64,000 nucleotides of DNA from Takakia lepidozioides. Its lineage: Eukaryota > Plantae > Bryophyta. The DNA is taken from the NCBI GenBank assembly GCA_030704615.1, contig CM060732.1:66712001-66776000 (forward strand). The letters are read 5' to 3'. Both the position numbers and the translations under genes were made by a program. How positions within the stretch are numbered: the stretch's first letter is position 1; each line of letters starts with the position of its first letter. The notes under the pieces were generated by a model. It was given only the letters and a program-made list of their open reading frames with translations, did not search any database and was not told the origin of the DNA. Positions 1-12,214 of this stretch are shown one piece after another.

Positions 1-1060
1 ATGTTTCTCGGATGTCCCTAGGGGTGAAAGACAAGGCCGTACGGAGCTGAACCACAAGAAGGCTTGGCAGGAGGGTGACTCCTCCTGACCAGAAAAGAAG
101 TGGGATAGGCCACGCAGCGACAATGGCACGTGGAAATCGAAGGGAGGGCCGTCACACGTCAAGGCGGCACCCGGTGCTCCGAAACGAAAAACAGGTGCGG
201 CGACTTATGGCGGACAAAAGGCGACCTTTGATGGAGTGTGATTCAATTGCGGGGAGCTCGGGCACTTGGCCAAGAAGTACACGAAACCCCGACAATTGAA
301 CATGACTCGGGCGACCACAGAGCTGTCGGAAGATTCCATCAGTCGCTTGGTGGAAGCGGTGGTCGCTAGGACTTGCAAGGTAGGCCATACAACTTCCCTT
401 CCCGCAATTTCTGGAACACCCTTTTGATGTGCTCCAGGTGCTCCTCCTTTGTTTTCGAATACACCAAGACGTCGATGTACACGATCACAAAGTCATTCAA
501 CCACTCCTGGAAAAGGCTGTTCATCAGCGTGCTAAAGGTCGCGGGTAAGCCCAAAAGGCATCACCAAGAACTCACATGAACCATACCTTATCCTACACGT
601 GGTCTTCTCCTCATCTCCTTCCGCCACTCGAATTTGATGATAGCCGGAGCGCAAATCGATCCGGCTGAAATACTTCGCTCCTGCCAACCGATCGAAGAGG
701 TCATCGATCTTTGACAAATGGTACCGATTTTTTATAGTCACCTTATTCAGAACCCTGTAATCGACACACATCCGCAGCGTCCCATCCTTCTTGTATGCGA
801 ATAACATCGGGGCTCCGTAAGGTGAAGAGGAACATCGAACGCCAACCTTGTCGTCAATTGCGGTTCTGCTTTGGCAGAACACATCTCAATAGAGGCCCCC
901 ACGTCACTTGTCGGGAGCCCAGCTTTCGTGCCGTTGCCGGTTTCATGAAGGAGTGCGACGCTCCTGTGTCCACCAACAACGACACGTTAGTTCCGGATAT
1001 TATTCCATCCACGAACAATAACTGACTCCCTTTACGCAGGGCGCCAGTTTCCTGATACAA
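1..1060 (-). mobile_element. Degenerate Ty3/gypsy LTR retrotransposon pol fragment (protease, RT, downstream remnants)
   Basis: Minus-strand ORF pieces: retropepsin LLVDTGASHSF (854-1060); RT motifs [59 protein letters not shown] (532-882); PATF...FVIVYID-VLVYS (366-554). Frameshifts and internal deletions are present. Confidence 0.93.
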
Positions 1061-1142
1061 CTCACATTGGTTTACCTACCTGGATGTGCATATGCCCAGA
1101 GATGAATAGTTGCTTTAAGTTTGATATGAATCGAATATATTA

Positions 1143-1595
1143 ATGACTTCTGATTATTATTCTTGTATTATTCATTGGGTCAAACGGATGTATCAAGGGC
1201 GCAAGAAGGCGAGTGATCATAGGTTATACTTCAGTGATAAAGTTTTTGACCTGCTGATGAGTAAGCAGTATCTCCAGCAATTGCATCACGACCCGTCGAA
1301 CTATTCTTCCACGAAGAAGACGCTGAAGAAGAAGTTGGATTCGGTTACCCAGTGCCTCCGTATTTGCCGTGAAGTTGCAAATCAATGGCCTATACTGGAA
1401 TGGCCCAACGAGCAATATTGGGCGATTCTATGCTTGGCAGTCGAGGGTAATTCTAAGTTTCACGATGGGGGAGTGTCGAATGAGGTGGTGAAAAGCCGTG
1501 CTGCAAAGAAGTTTTATGTAGTTGATGGCTTGGACTTGGGGGATGCTGTGGTGGCCCTCATGAAGTACGTTCCCGACTTTGGGACGAGGCGTTGA
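1143..1595 (+). CDS. Orphan 150-aa ORF, possibly TE-borne; function unknown
   Basis: Uninterrupted ORF with protein-like composition between TE relics; no motif recognised. Confidence 0.25.
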   Translation: MTSDYYSCIIHWVKRMYQGRKKASDHRLYFSDKVFDLLMSKQYLQQLHHDPSNYSSTKKTLKKKLDSVTQCLRICREVANQWPILEWPNEQYWAILCLAVEGNSKFHDGGVSNEVVKSRAAKKFYVVDGLDLGDAVVALMKYVPDFGTRR

Positions 1596-2172
1596 TGCTT
1601 GTGCTAAGTGTATAGTGTACAGGGTATTCAAGCTACACATAGTTTTGACCATAGATACAACATATGGTTTTACTACACTTTACAATAGCAATGTATGCAT
1701 TAGGTGCAAAAAAACTCCATATAGGGGTCATCCTAGAATTCAAACTGGAATGCTTTGCCAATATGACAGCAACCACTCAATCACTAAATATACACATCAT
1801 TCTTCATTGAAATCAAATACAAAAAAAAACCACAAAACAAGAAAAACAAACGGCAAAAAACTTGAACCGAAATAGATCTCTCCAAATGAATGTTGGTAAT
1901 GCAATTTTCTGAAAGAATCCAGGGCTCCCAACTCGTTCTCCGACATCGGTAAGCTCCGCTCTCAAATATTCTTAACACTATTCATGCCATTTTGTCAGCT
2001 CTGGCGGCACCAAACCCTAGGGAATTCACGTTGGTGGACTAACGTAGGGCAGTAGCCATTAGGAGAAACATGGTGTTGGTTGTGTGGTAGCTGGCCATGA
2101 ATTGCGTGGTAACGTGACCCATTTTGTCCACGTGACGTGAATTTGTCTCCCGCATATTGTTTGTCTCTCTTT

Positions 2173-3254
2173 AAGATTTTCAAGTACATTTGAACATCTT
2201 ATCTTAAACATATATTCCTTTGAAGATAACCATAAAAGATTGAATCACAACATTGTGGTTTGGAATATTTGCGGCAACTCTGTTGTGATTCCATAAACTG
2301 ATCTAAGTTTAAGATTATCTTGTAAGTTTGTACAATAAGAATGAGAGAGGATCCCACATCCCATTCTTTTTAGGTTTGGAAGTTTAAATTTGTGTTTTCC
2401 AAACCCTAAACCACACACAAAAATCATGGGAGGATATGAAACAAATAGTTTGGTTTTGTAGCGTATTCAGTTCATGAAATCTGAGCATTAAATTTAGAGT
2501 TTCATACTACATTCACTACTGGCTCTGAAATAAAATGTCTAGCTCAAAGCCATCAAATGTTTTAGGATTTAAAACTTTAATTTTGGTTTCATAGCACATT
2601 GAAGCTATAAAAGAGACATTCAGGGTTTGATTATTGGCTCTTCTCTATGTAGTCTGGAACTCTTTTGAAAACTTGAAAATTTCAGATTCTCCAAAATTGA
2701 ATGCACCAATAAATCAAAGGTTCTATTTCAAAATGACATATTGAATGTCTTTAGCAATCCAGACTACAAAGAGAAGAACCAATAATCAAACCCTGAATGT
2801 AGCTTTCATAGCCTCAATGTGTTGTGAAACCAAAATTAAAGTTCAAATCTTAAAGCATTATATGGCTTTGAGCTAGACATTTTATTTCAGAGCTAGTACT
2901 GAAATTCTAAATTTAGTGCTAAGATTTCATGAATTGAACACGCTACAAAACCAAACTATTTGTGTCATATCCTCCCAAGATTTTTGTGTGTGGTTTAGGG
3001 TTTGGAAAACATAAATTTAAACTTCCAAACCTAAAAAGAATGGGATGTGGGATGTCTCTCTCATTCTTATTATACAAACTTACAAGATAACCTTAAATTT
3101 AGATCAGTTTATGGAATCACGACAGAGTTGTCATAAACCTCAAAGTTTATGAAAGCAAATATTCCAAACCACAATGTTGTGATTCAATCTTTTATGGTTA
3201 TCTTCAAAGGAATATATGTTTAAGATAAGATGTTCAAATGTACTTGAAAATCTT
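2173..3254. mobile_element. Foldback / long inverted-repeat element (~490-bp arms, ~100-bp spacer)
   Basis: 2173 aagattttcaagtacatttgaacatctt... is the reverse complement of ...gttcaaatgtacttgaaaatctt ending at 3254. Pairing continues inward to ...gtagtctgga (~2658) / tccagactac (~2758). Confidence 0.9.
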
Positions 3255-3327
3255 TGTCGTGCGCATACATATGGCTACACAACTACATCGCTGTCCACAA
3301 CCACACAACAAATGTGGACACCAAACA

Positions 3328-3558
3328 CTAGTCTATCACTAGTCTATCACTAGTCCACCACTAGTGCACCATTAGGCTGCCACTAGACAACCACTAATCC
3401 ACCACTAGTGCAGCCACTAGTCCACCACTAGGCTGCCACTAGCCACCACTAGTGCAGCCACTAGTCCACCACTAGGCTGCCACTAGCCACCACTAGTGCA
3501 GTCATTAGTCCATCACTAGGCTGCCACTAGCCACCACTAGTGCAGCCACTAGTCCATC
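3328..3558. repeat. Minisatellite of 10-12-bp CTAG...CCA units with a 44-bp higher-order period
   Basis: Units ctagtgcagcca / ctagtccacca / ctaggctgcca / ctagccacca (12+11+11+10 = 44 bp) recur about 3 times after simpler ctagtctatca units. Confidence 0.9.
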
Positions 3559-4243
3559 ATAATGATAAAGAAAGGAAAGATACAAGCACACAAGCTCTCT
3601 CAAACTCACACACTTGCACATGAAAATATCACTCATATTAAGTCGAGCCAAGTGCACCCCACGCCATGGGGAATCCACACTATGGTGCCATAGCTAGACG
3701 CAGTGAGGCTCAACTCAACTCAATGCGTCGCGGAAAATTGATTCTGGGAGTAGATTGTAGAGCATAATGGGCTTGGCATCCTAAGACTATAGTCATTGTC
3801 CAACAATAAGTTGCAATGCAGCTTTGCAAAACTTAGGCCATTGATAGATATTTGTTCTTGAAGAACTCTGGGGACAAGTCTCGGTGCAAGTTCCAGCTGT
3901 GCGAGCTCCTATAGAGTACGGATAATCTGCAACACAATGATATGATTGAGATAGTGGTAGTCACTAGGAGCTAACTCTTGATATGTATATATATACTTGG
4001 ACTGTTTTTGTGATACATAGATGTATTGTAGATTTGTTGGTTAGTGTGTAGTGTCTTAGAAATGTTATAATGTGGAGGTCATAGGTTCAAATATGCATTG
4101 CCTAATATATGTAGAATAATGCATGAACTGCCATTGGACAAAACCGGAGTCAATGGTCAACGCCGAGTAGTTTTTGAAAATCAAAAATTTAAATTTAAAT
4201 TCAAATTCAAATTTTCCCACCTAAATTCAAATGTACCCCCCTA

Positions 4244-4312
4244 CTGTGACGTCTGGGGGTCGCATTTACGACCCCCGGACGTCCCTAAATGCGACGTTGC
4301 AAAAAAAAAAAC

Positions 4313-4349
<37 letters not shown>

Positions 4350-4450
4350 CTGTGATGCCCGGACGTCGCAAGTCACGCCGGTGCCGCGGCCGGGGAGTCC
4401 TGGGGGGTTTGCGATTCCCCGTCGACGCTAATTAGTGACGTTCCGGGGGC
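4244..4450. repeat. GC-rich hairpin cluster, probably the terminal/subterminal region of a DNA element
   Basis: Stem gacgtctgggggtcg / cgacccccggacgtc, an A11...T-run, and a second imperfect palindrome at ~4417-4449 followed by the same AT-rich linker as the 79-bp array. Confidence 0.55.
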
Positions 4451-4480
4451 GAAATAGAAATATGTAAATTATTATAAATA

Positions 4481-5218
4481 AGGTAGAAATGCCTAAAATG
4501 GAGCGGTACCCTAAACGGATCCCTAGAAAAATACATAAAACTAACCATATGCCATCTTTAAAAGGTGCTTTGATCACAAGTGGTCCACATTAGGTCATGT
4601 GGTGGGCCGCAATGGAACTCCAATGAACCCTTTTAACTCATACATGATGACACCACTTAATGGACAAGTTAATAACCATCGGTGCACTTTGAGAGCAGTA
4701 TCAAGTTAAGCTAAGAAGAATGAATCCTAACATGTAGGAGAGGGGATCACATTCCGTGATCAACGATCCCAATTGAGTTTCACCTAGATCAACGATCCAG
4801 GATTGAGTTTAATCCAAATGGACCTTGAGCTCAGTTTTCTTTAAGGTGGGAGGTTACTTTAAGGTCAATAAATGGTTATGTTAGTTGACAGACATAGTCC
4901 ATGTTGCTATGTTGTATAGTCCATGTTACTATGTTGTTTAATCAGTAAAATGAAAGAGGATGCACACTTTTTGGGCACCTTTGGCTCCAGACAGAGTGCA
5001 CTTGCTGTTCAAAATAGTACCCCCTACTCGTCCATTCAAGGTTATTCCATGATTTCACTTTGAATATTCACCAATATTACAGAATAATTCGGAATTTATT
5101 TATTTATTTATATTAATTTTTATTTCTATGTGCCCACATCGGAAAAATATATACGACGACACTGCACACCTGAAACTGCACACATTTCTTAAATGATCCA
5201 TTTTAGGTGTTTCTACCT
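4481..5218. mobile_element. Non-autonomous TIR element (Tc1/mariner-Stowaway-like, TA target duplication)
   Basis: 22-bp TIRs aggtagaaatgcctaaaatgga (4481-4502) and tccattttaggtgtttctacct (5197-5218), 20/22 match, flanked by TA on both sides. Confidence 0.7.
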
Positions 5219-5226
5219 TAGTCGCC

Positions 5227-5420
5227 CTTAGGACACCTTAGGGCACCCCTAAGGAGTCCTAAGAGTCGAAAAATAGGAACATATAAATTATTATTTATAA
5301 TTCCCCTTAGGACTCCTTACGACAGCCCTAAGGAGTCCTAAGAGGGGAAAAATAAAAATATGTAAATTGTTATTTATAATTGCCCTTAGGACTCCTTAGG
5401 GCGGCCCTAAGGAGTCCTAA
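5227..5420. repeat. Tandem array of three ~37-bp palindromes with a 79-bp period
   Basis: cttaggactccttaggg-N3-ccctaaggagtcctaag (with variants) starts at 5227, 5306 and 5385; the AT-rich linkers are similar to each other. Confidence 0.9.
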
Positions 5421-6124
5421 AGGAAATAAAAAAAATCAACTACTACAATAAATGTATCAACTTTGGTCATTACATTTATGAATCACATGCACTATTTATT
5501 GTTATGTACCGACAGAATTTGTAGGTTGTCACCATTTATTACAATTAAAATAAAATTTTGTTCATACAACTATTTGTGATACACCGACATCCATTTTTAA
5601 ATAAACCTTCATGAGGTAGTACCTATGTAAAAAAATTTGTAGGATAAAATCAATAAATAGTAACTCAATTATTTAAATTTTTCATTCATTCTTTCCTTAC
5701 TATACCTCATTTTTTCCCCTATAAGTATGGAGAAGGAGGATCATTTCTTATCTTTCTTCCGCAAGTTTTTTTGCATACAATAGAACCGTCTCTCAATCGT
5801 GTTTTTTTTTACCTTTGTTTGTGTTTCTTTCTTTGTTTCTGTTGTATGTTTATGTTTCCTTGTTCTTTCGGTTTTTTGGCAAAATAGAGCTGTTGCTTAG
5901 TTCTTCTCAGTAGCTTTCACTTTGGTTCTCTATTTATGTCTCTTTCTAGTCTCTATTCTTTTTGTGTGAGTTTTTTGGCAGAATAGAACTTTCCCCTCAT
6001 TTTTTTTCTTTCGTTATGTTGTTCGTTCTTCTTCAATCTTTGTCTATGGTTTTGTTCGTTCTTTCTCATTTCAAATTCTATCTTCATCTGTTTCTTTCTT
6101 TGTTCTTTTCTCTACGATATAGAT

Positions 6125-7301
6125 ATGGCCAGTTCTTCAAAACGGGTATGAATATTGTTGTTTGTTTTGTATTCAATGGTTGTATATTTTGTAAGTATAT
6201 GTTTTATTTATTTAATCCACTATATGTTTATTCACACGTCTTTTTATGTTTTTCGTAGACCAACGTTGTAAACTATTCCGATATCTTTGAGGATTTGTTG
6301 GAAAAAGCAAAAGCAGAAGCCAACGGAGTTGTTGAAGGACCTATCTGAAATCCTGTCCGTGGAAAAACATATCATCATTTGTCACAGTCTCAAACATGAT
6401 TTGCAGATAATTATGGCTTGCATCCTGTCGATTTTTTTACAGGATTTGAATCTGGCCGCACTATTAAGGAGTTTGTCGATGGTGGATTCACCTTTCGAGA
6501 AGAATTCCGAAAGAAGTTTGGAGATGAACCTGCTACAGGTATAACATATTCATAAAACTTGTTTATTCATATATTTGTTGATGCATTTATTTATTAAATA
6601 CGTGATCTTGAACGAAAAACATGCGACTGTTTTATTTTGCAGGTGCAACAAAGTACTTTCTGAGAGACTTTCGACGAAAAAACACTAACAAAAAAGGACG
6701 GCATGAATTTATTGAATAGTCACACCAAAGGAATCAGAGTGTACCAGATGATGGAGCTTTACTTTGATTTTGGCATCGACATTTTTCACATGAAGAATCT
6801 GACATACAATGATGCTGATAAAGTATTGAAGAAAGCTCGATCCAAACGAGATGGTTCTGAAGTTCAAATGACTACACCTGCACATCTAAAATTTCTCAGA
6901 TGCATGTTACTGAATCACGGGTCTTACTAGAGACATCAATTCTAAATCCGAGTGTGTCTGCCTCAAAATGTTCTCATGCAAAAAAATAAAAAATGTGACC
7001 GAACCTGAAATTTTTATCTACAAGATAACATGTTTGCAAAATAGAAAAGTTTATGTTGGTCAAAGTACATCGATATAAACCACGTAGTATAATGAGAGAT
7101 GATGTTTTGAAATTTACACCTTTTATTGATAATTTTGTTCTAGAAATACTTGCTAGTACAAAAGATCGTAACCAAGCCAATAGATTAGAAGCGTGGTATA
7201 TTTCTAGTCAAGATACATATAAAAACGGTTATAATAGAGTGTCTGGTCGTCCAACATTATGTCAAAAATATTGGGATTTAAAATATAATAAAAATATTTG
7301 A
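6125..7301 (+). pseudogene. Decayed 3-exon gene ending in a GIY-YIG endonuclease domain
   Basis: Exons 6125-6145, 6259-6538 and 6643-7301 join in phase via GT-AG introns. 7001-7070 reads EPEIFIYKITCLQNRKVYVGQS (GIY-x-YIG). After a frameshift comes NFVLEILAST...ANRLEAWYISSQDTYKNGYN. In-frame TGA/TAG/TAA stops are consistent with C-to-T decay. Confidence 0.8.
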
Positions 7302-8441
7302 TTTTTTCCACATTATATTTATATTCACATCAACCAGATGGTAACTACCAAATAATCATAATCAAACATGGCTACTTTACGTACCACCTATCTCATATTT
7401 TCAAAATATCATAAAACATTATGACACTATTATCATGCCACTTATGTTACATCATTTCAATAAATATATGGAAATATTCAAGCATGATATCAATATAGTA
7501 TATGTAACTTAAATATTATAAATATTTAATTATAATAAAAAATTGTAGATAAAAGGATTAGATTATAAATAAGTATATAAAAATTTAATATTATTAATAA
7601 CTTATTACAATAATAAATAAATAAAAATTAAGAACTACCTATAATCTATGAATGTCACCACATAAATCAAACTATCTTTCTATCCATCATCGATCAATCA
7701 TTTGTTTCTATCTATTATCATAAATCAACCATTCCTAGTTACAGTCATGTTTTATTTTGACTTACTACATATTTATTTATTCATAGCAATCTGTATTTTA
7801 CTGTTACTTTTACATATCATATTATCATATCCTTTCAACCTCAGATTCATCATTCTAATTTATATCTAATCAATCTAAGTATTTATCATATTACATCTCC
7901 AAAACTTCAAATATATCAAATATAATATTTAAAATAACGAATTTATTTTAACTATTAAAAATAAGAATGAATATACAATAATTTAAATATTAATAATAAA
8001 AACAAACATATAATAATATAACATATTTGTTTTTATATTTTAAAGAGAAATCAATATATAATATATAATACTATATTATATCATGTTTTCAACCTCAGAG
8101 AATATTATTTATGAAATTAACTTATTGGATGTATGAGACTTCATCATTTCAATAAGTTGAAAATCCATTCAATCAAATTGTTTATCATATTACATTTCAA
8201 AAACTCCAATTTATTTAACTTTTATGGTTAATTTTAAAGGTTTCATAATTTTGTATGCTATAATGGGGAAGCTATAAAGGTTCAAATCCCTGTACAAAAA
8301 TAAAGTTATTGTGAATGCTACGACAAGTTATGTCGCAAGGATGTCTGGGCCGGGGTCAATGATCATAAGGCTACTGTGAGGGCTACGGCAAACTGCGCAG
8401 GGTCCATGGCCACAAGCTACGACAAACCACGTCTTATGAGG

Positions 8442-8894
8442 AGGTTGGGTAGCGTGTGAGCATGCTCACGTGAGCACAAGCGAATATTAAGGATATTCCC
8501 TAGATGCATTTTGAATATTTTCCAACGAAACTAAAATTGAGAAACTAAAAACTATTTTTAACTGCTCACATAGGCCCTCACAGCATCACTTAAGAAACAA
8601 GTAACACCTATACACGATAAACATGTTACCCTATAGGCATGGGGTTTCCTCACGTTATGCAAACCGGATACCCCAGAAAATCGTGGTTTTCAGTCCGGGT
8701 ATCGGTAGTTTAAGCCCTACAAAAGTTATTTTCACACTGAGAAAATAAATCTAAAGGTACTCATATGCACCGTGCCTGTTAACATGTAATTCCTATGACC
8801 GAGGTTTGAAAACATTTAACCCCTATGACCGCGGGTTGTGCTCACGGCGTGCTCAAGTGAGCATGCTCACGCTGTGCTCACATGATACCAACCC
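8442..8894. mobile_element. MITE-like element with imperfect TIRs containing gtgagcatgctcac palindromes
   Basis: Left end aggttgggtagcgtgtgagcatgctcac; right end gtgagcatgctcac...tgctcacatgataccaaccc (reverse complement gggttggtatcatgtgagca). Confidence 0.55.
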
Positions 8895-9211
8895 GTGTAC
8901 ATTCTTTGCACAACATACCTGCCAGATTGAAGATCTGTAAGTTCATGGCCTCCCTTCACCTAGGAGATAGATGGAGACGCAAATGCATACAGAGACTAAG
9001 GGTAAGGATGACAATCTGAACACATCTTCCAGGGTGTGCGAATGGCTCTTCCACTGTTAGCTACTGGTTCATATGTTTTTCCAACGTAAATGGCACTTAA
9101 CACTCTTAAGACTCTTGCCAACTCAAGTCTCTGGAAGAAAAAAAAATTGATCTCAAGAAACCATTTAAAAAATTGTTCTGACTCCTGTGCGTCAAAATCT
9201 TATAATTGCAA

Positions 9212-9588
9212 TCACACCTCCTCCACCTGTCGAAGGCTCATCAAGGCCAATACAATTTTTTGGGGGAGTTAGTTCATTGTCAAGAATGCGAGCTACAGCC
9301 GTAAGCACTGACATTTGAACTCGATACTTCCGAGCCAATGCGATGACCGCACCTGCTGTAACACCCTCCGCTACTTGACTCATGGAATACAAAATGTCTT
9401 CAAGTTTTTTTTTACCTGACCCCAGTCTGACCCCCACAGATCTATTCCTTGACAATGTCACAAAACAAGTAAGCATAATGTCCCCAGATCGAGAAAGGCC
9501 TGCCAGATTTTGCACCCATCTTTTCTGCCAGCCATCTGATATCTGAGTAGCCCTGAGCAACAAGAGCCGCCATGCAATTGTTCCCAAG
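9212..9588 (-). pseudogene. Fragment of NAD(P)-dependent glycerol-3-phosphate dehydrogenase (GLY1/SFD1-type C-terminus)
   Basis: LGNNCMAALVAQG-SDIRWLA-KMGAK, GDIMLTCFVTLSRNRSVGVRLGSG, SMSQVAEGV-TAGAVIALA, LMSL-QVEEV* across several frameshifts. No N-terminus and no intron. Confidence 0.88.
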
Positions 9589-12214
9589 CTTCATTTTTCA
9601 TCTTGGTCATGGTTAGGCTTATGATGACACCCTTTCAGATTTAACTCTTTTCCCCCCCTTCAATATTAACAATATGGTTATTTGGCTAAAAAATGTGACC
9701 TGTTGGCTAAAACATATTAGGGTTTAGCCAGACATTGTCGACGTGGCCTTCTGTCTTGCTGAGAAACAAAAACTTGGCACTAGCTGGCATCCTACAGAAA
9801 TGAGATTACTAAGTATAGAGATGTGGTAAGTGTGATTATCGATGCATTCACAGCTTTGTTCTTTCTTGTCTGATTTGCTTTACACAGTAGACCAAACGAG
9901 ATTCTCCTCTAGTATCAATGTCTGGATTCTTGAAAGGATTCACGATCCTGATGATGAAGTTAGTATGATTGTCTATGATTTGTTTTACTCCAGCTAACTG
10001 GTGGGTGGCTGGTTTTGTTGGATTTTGCTGTTTGACTGATGGGTGCGGGGCCTGGTGTCTGGTGCAATTATAATGTGCAAATGCATGCTTGGTGTAGGAA
10101 GACGACATCAACCTGTGCTCTGCTATTGATCATTTGTTCTCCGGCGAAGTGAAGGTTCACATCTACTCTCGAAGAGGCGTTTACTACAGATCCCGAAATA
10201 TAACATCACAGCTTGCATCCTGAAGACTCTTCATTTGACCACTACATTAAAAAGGTCGGAGAAATCTATCAGTCACTACAAGGTCCGCTGTGCCCCAGTT
10301 GAATAGAAGTAAGATGCGAACCAAAATGAGAAGATTATGAGGTGGAGATTCCAAATGCATCCCCCCGGCAGACCCGTCGAACAACACCAAAAGGATTTCC
10401 CCTCTTTGGCAAGTCATTGTATAGAAATCTCCCGAGTCGAAACTCCAGCAACTCTTTCGCAGAATTCAGGCTTCTTGCCGGCGGCGGAGAGTTTAATTCG
10501 ATTGGGAGAATTGATATGACCGTCAATGGCGCAAGGGACATGTAAGGAGAGGGAGAGACTCCTACACAACTGTACCGCCTAGCTGTCTACTTACACTGAA
10601 CCCCCGGCGGATGCAAACCGATGGCGTCTTGGGAAAAAATGGGGTTTCGTGGATAGCGGACACCCTCGGATCTATAGTGTTCGAGCTATGGAGGGCGATC
10701 TGGAGCAGCAACTGCGTCTGGTGGAGCAAGAACTTCATCAAGTGCAAGGTAGGTTTAATTCCATGGTGTGGATTTGGGTGCCGGAGATCAGGGTTTATAG
10801 GACTCAACCATAGTTGCAGGGAATTGAGCGCTGACATACTAGAGAGTATGAGCAGCAAGTCTGGCCCTTCATAGTGTTCGGGCACAGCTGACGACAATTT
10901 GTTGCGAGTTGATTTGAGGACTGGCATTGGCATATCACATTCAAAGCATAATGTCACTATTTGTAGTCCACGGGGCCCCCCTGACTGTGTGTCTGTGAGA
11001 GATAGGGATTGTCTTGTCGAGACAAGGAAGGATCTGTCAGGACTTGACCAGATCAGAAAGTTTTTCTTAAAAAGACCAGGACAAAACAGCCTGGCATGCA
11101 CAAGGCACCATCACCCTTCTCCTAAACCACAGTCTTGCTCCTGATTTGTTTCACAGTTCTGGGTGGTTGGGGTGGGTGGTGGGGTTAATTAGAAACCCAT
11201 CCATAACCCACCTTTCTTCATAGAGACAGACATCATACTAAACATTATTTATATTCACTGTACTGTCATACTTGGATTTTGAGAAAACCGAAATTTGTGC
11301 TTTTCAGCATGGGGACTGTAGGTCAGTGACCTCCAAGTCACCCTTAGCCTTTACTGAAGCAAACCAGTGAACTGAGATTGATCCAAGTCAAGACTCTTCA
11401 GAACCCTCTGGTATCCGATCCCATGGGTAGATCACTTTCGTAAAATACTTCCCTCACACAAACATGAGGCTGTCATCAAGCATTGTACCATTCTTTCTAG
11501 GCAGTGGCTGCCTCATGCAGTAGGTGATTTCCATGTACTATGTAGCAAAACTTACACAAACGGCTTAGAGACCCATGAAAGGTGAAGGACCCTCACCTGC
11601 GACCGTCCCAAAAACTACCACATCTGACAGAATGCGTGAGGTGAGTAGCAGGTCTTCACGCTTACTATCGCTGTCCAACATGATGATCTAAGCAAGTGAA
11701 AGATTGCAAGAGTAATAGTAAAGGTATGCCATTGCACAGAAAGTTTGAGGCAGACCAGTCTGCAACGTTTGCAGGAATCCGTTCACGCAACAAGAAGTAT
11801 TTGCAAAGCACAGGTAAGGGTTGAGTGTAACTTCCTGGTCGTGTCAAGAAATGAGCCAGTTCCCTATAACAGCATAGGAAGCTCAACTAACACAATGAAG
11901 GCAAGGTTGCACTTAAACCTTGCTGGCCGCAGCCCTGTTGAAAATCTCATGAAGGCAAAGCTTGGTGAGCTTTGTGCCGGACGCTTTGCCTGGAGTTTCA
12001 GGTAGCTGCCATTCGTACAACAGCTTTTGTAAGTGAGTACTAATTGCAGGGTTAGGGTTCTGAAACCCTAAATTAAACCAGCACATGTGCACTCAATAAA
12101 TCCCACAAGGCCCTAGCCGGGAATGAATTTTGCAGCAAGTGTCTACGTGTCAGTTTCAGGACATCCATAGGAAAAAATCACTTCATTCCACCTGAAATAT
12201 TCTACCCAAGAATA

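Noticed and set aside
2401-2410. Telomere-like aaaccctaaa motifs (also ~2993, 12063)
   Set aside because: Isolated single units (telo-box-like), not arrays.
5227-5420. CRISPR-like palindromic repeat/spacer pattern
   Set aside because: The spacers are near-copies of each other, there are no cas genes, and the context is eukaryotic.
5962-6258. Hydrophobic 98-aa ORF
   Set aside because: T-rich low-complexity UTR/intron sequence of the GIY-YIG gene.
10335-11144. Cluster of ORFs up to 179 aa
   Set aside because: No recognisable domain; probably decayed TE or chance ORFs.
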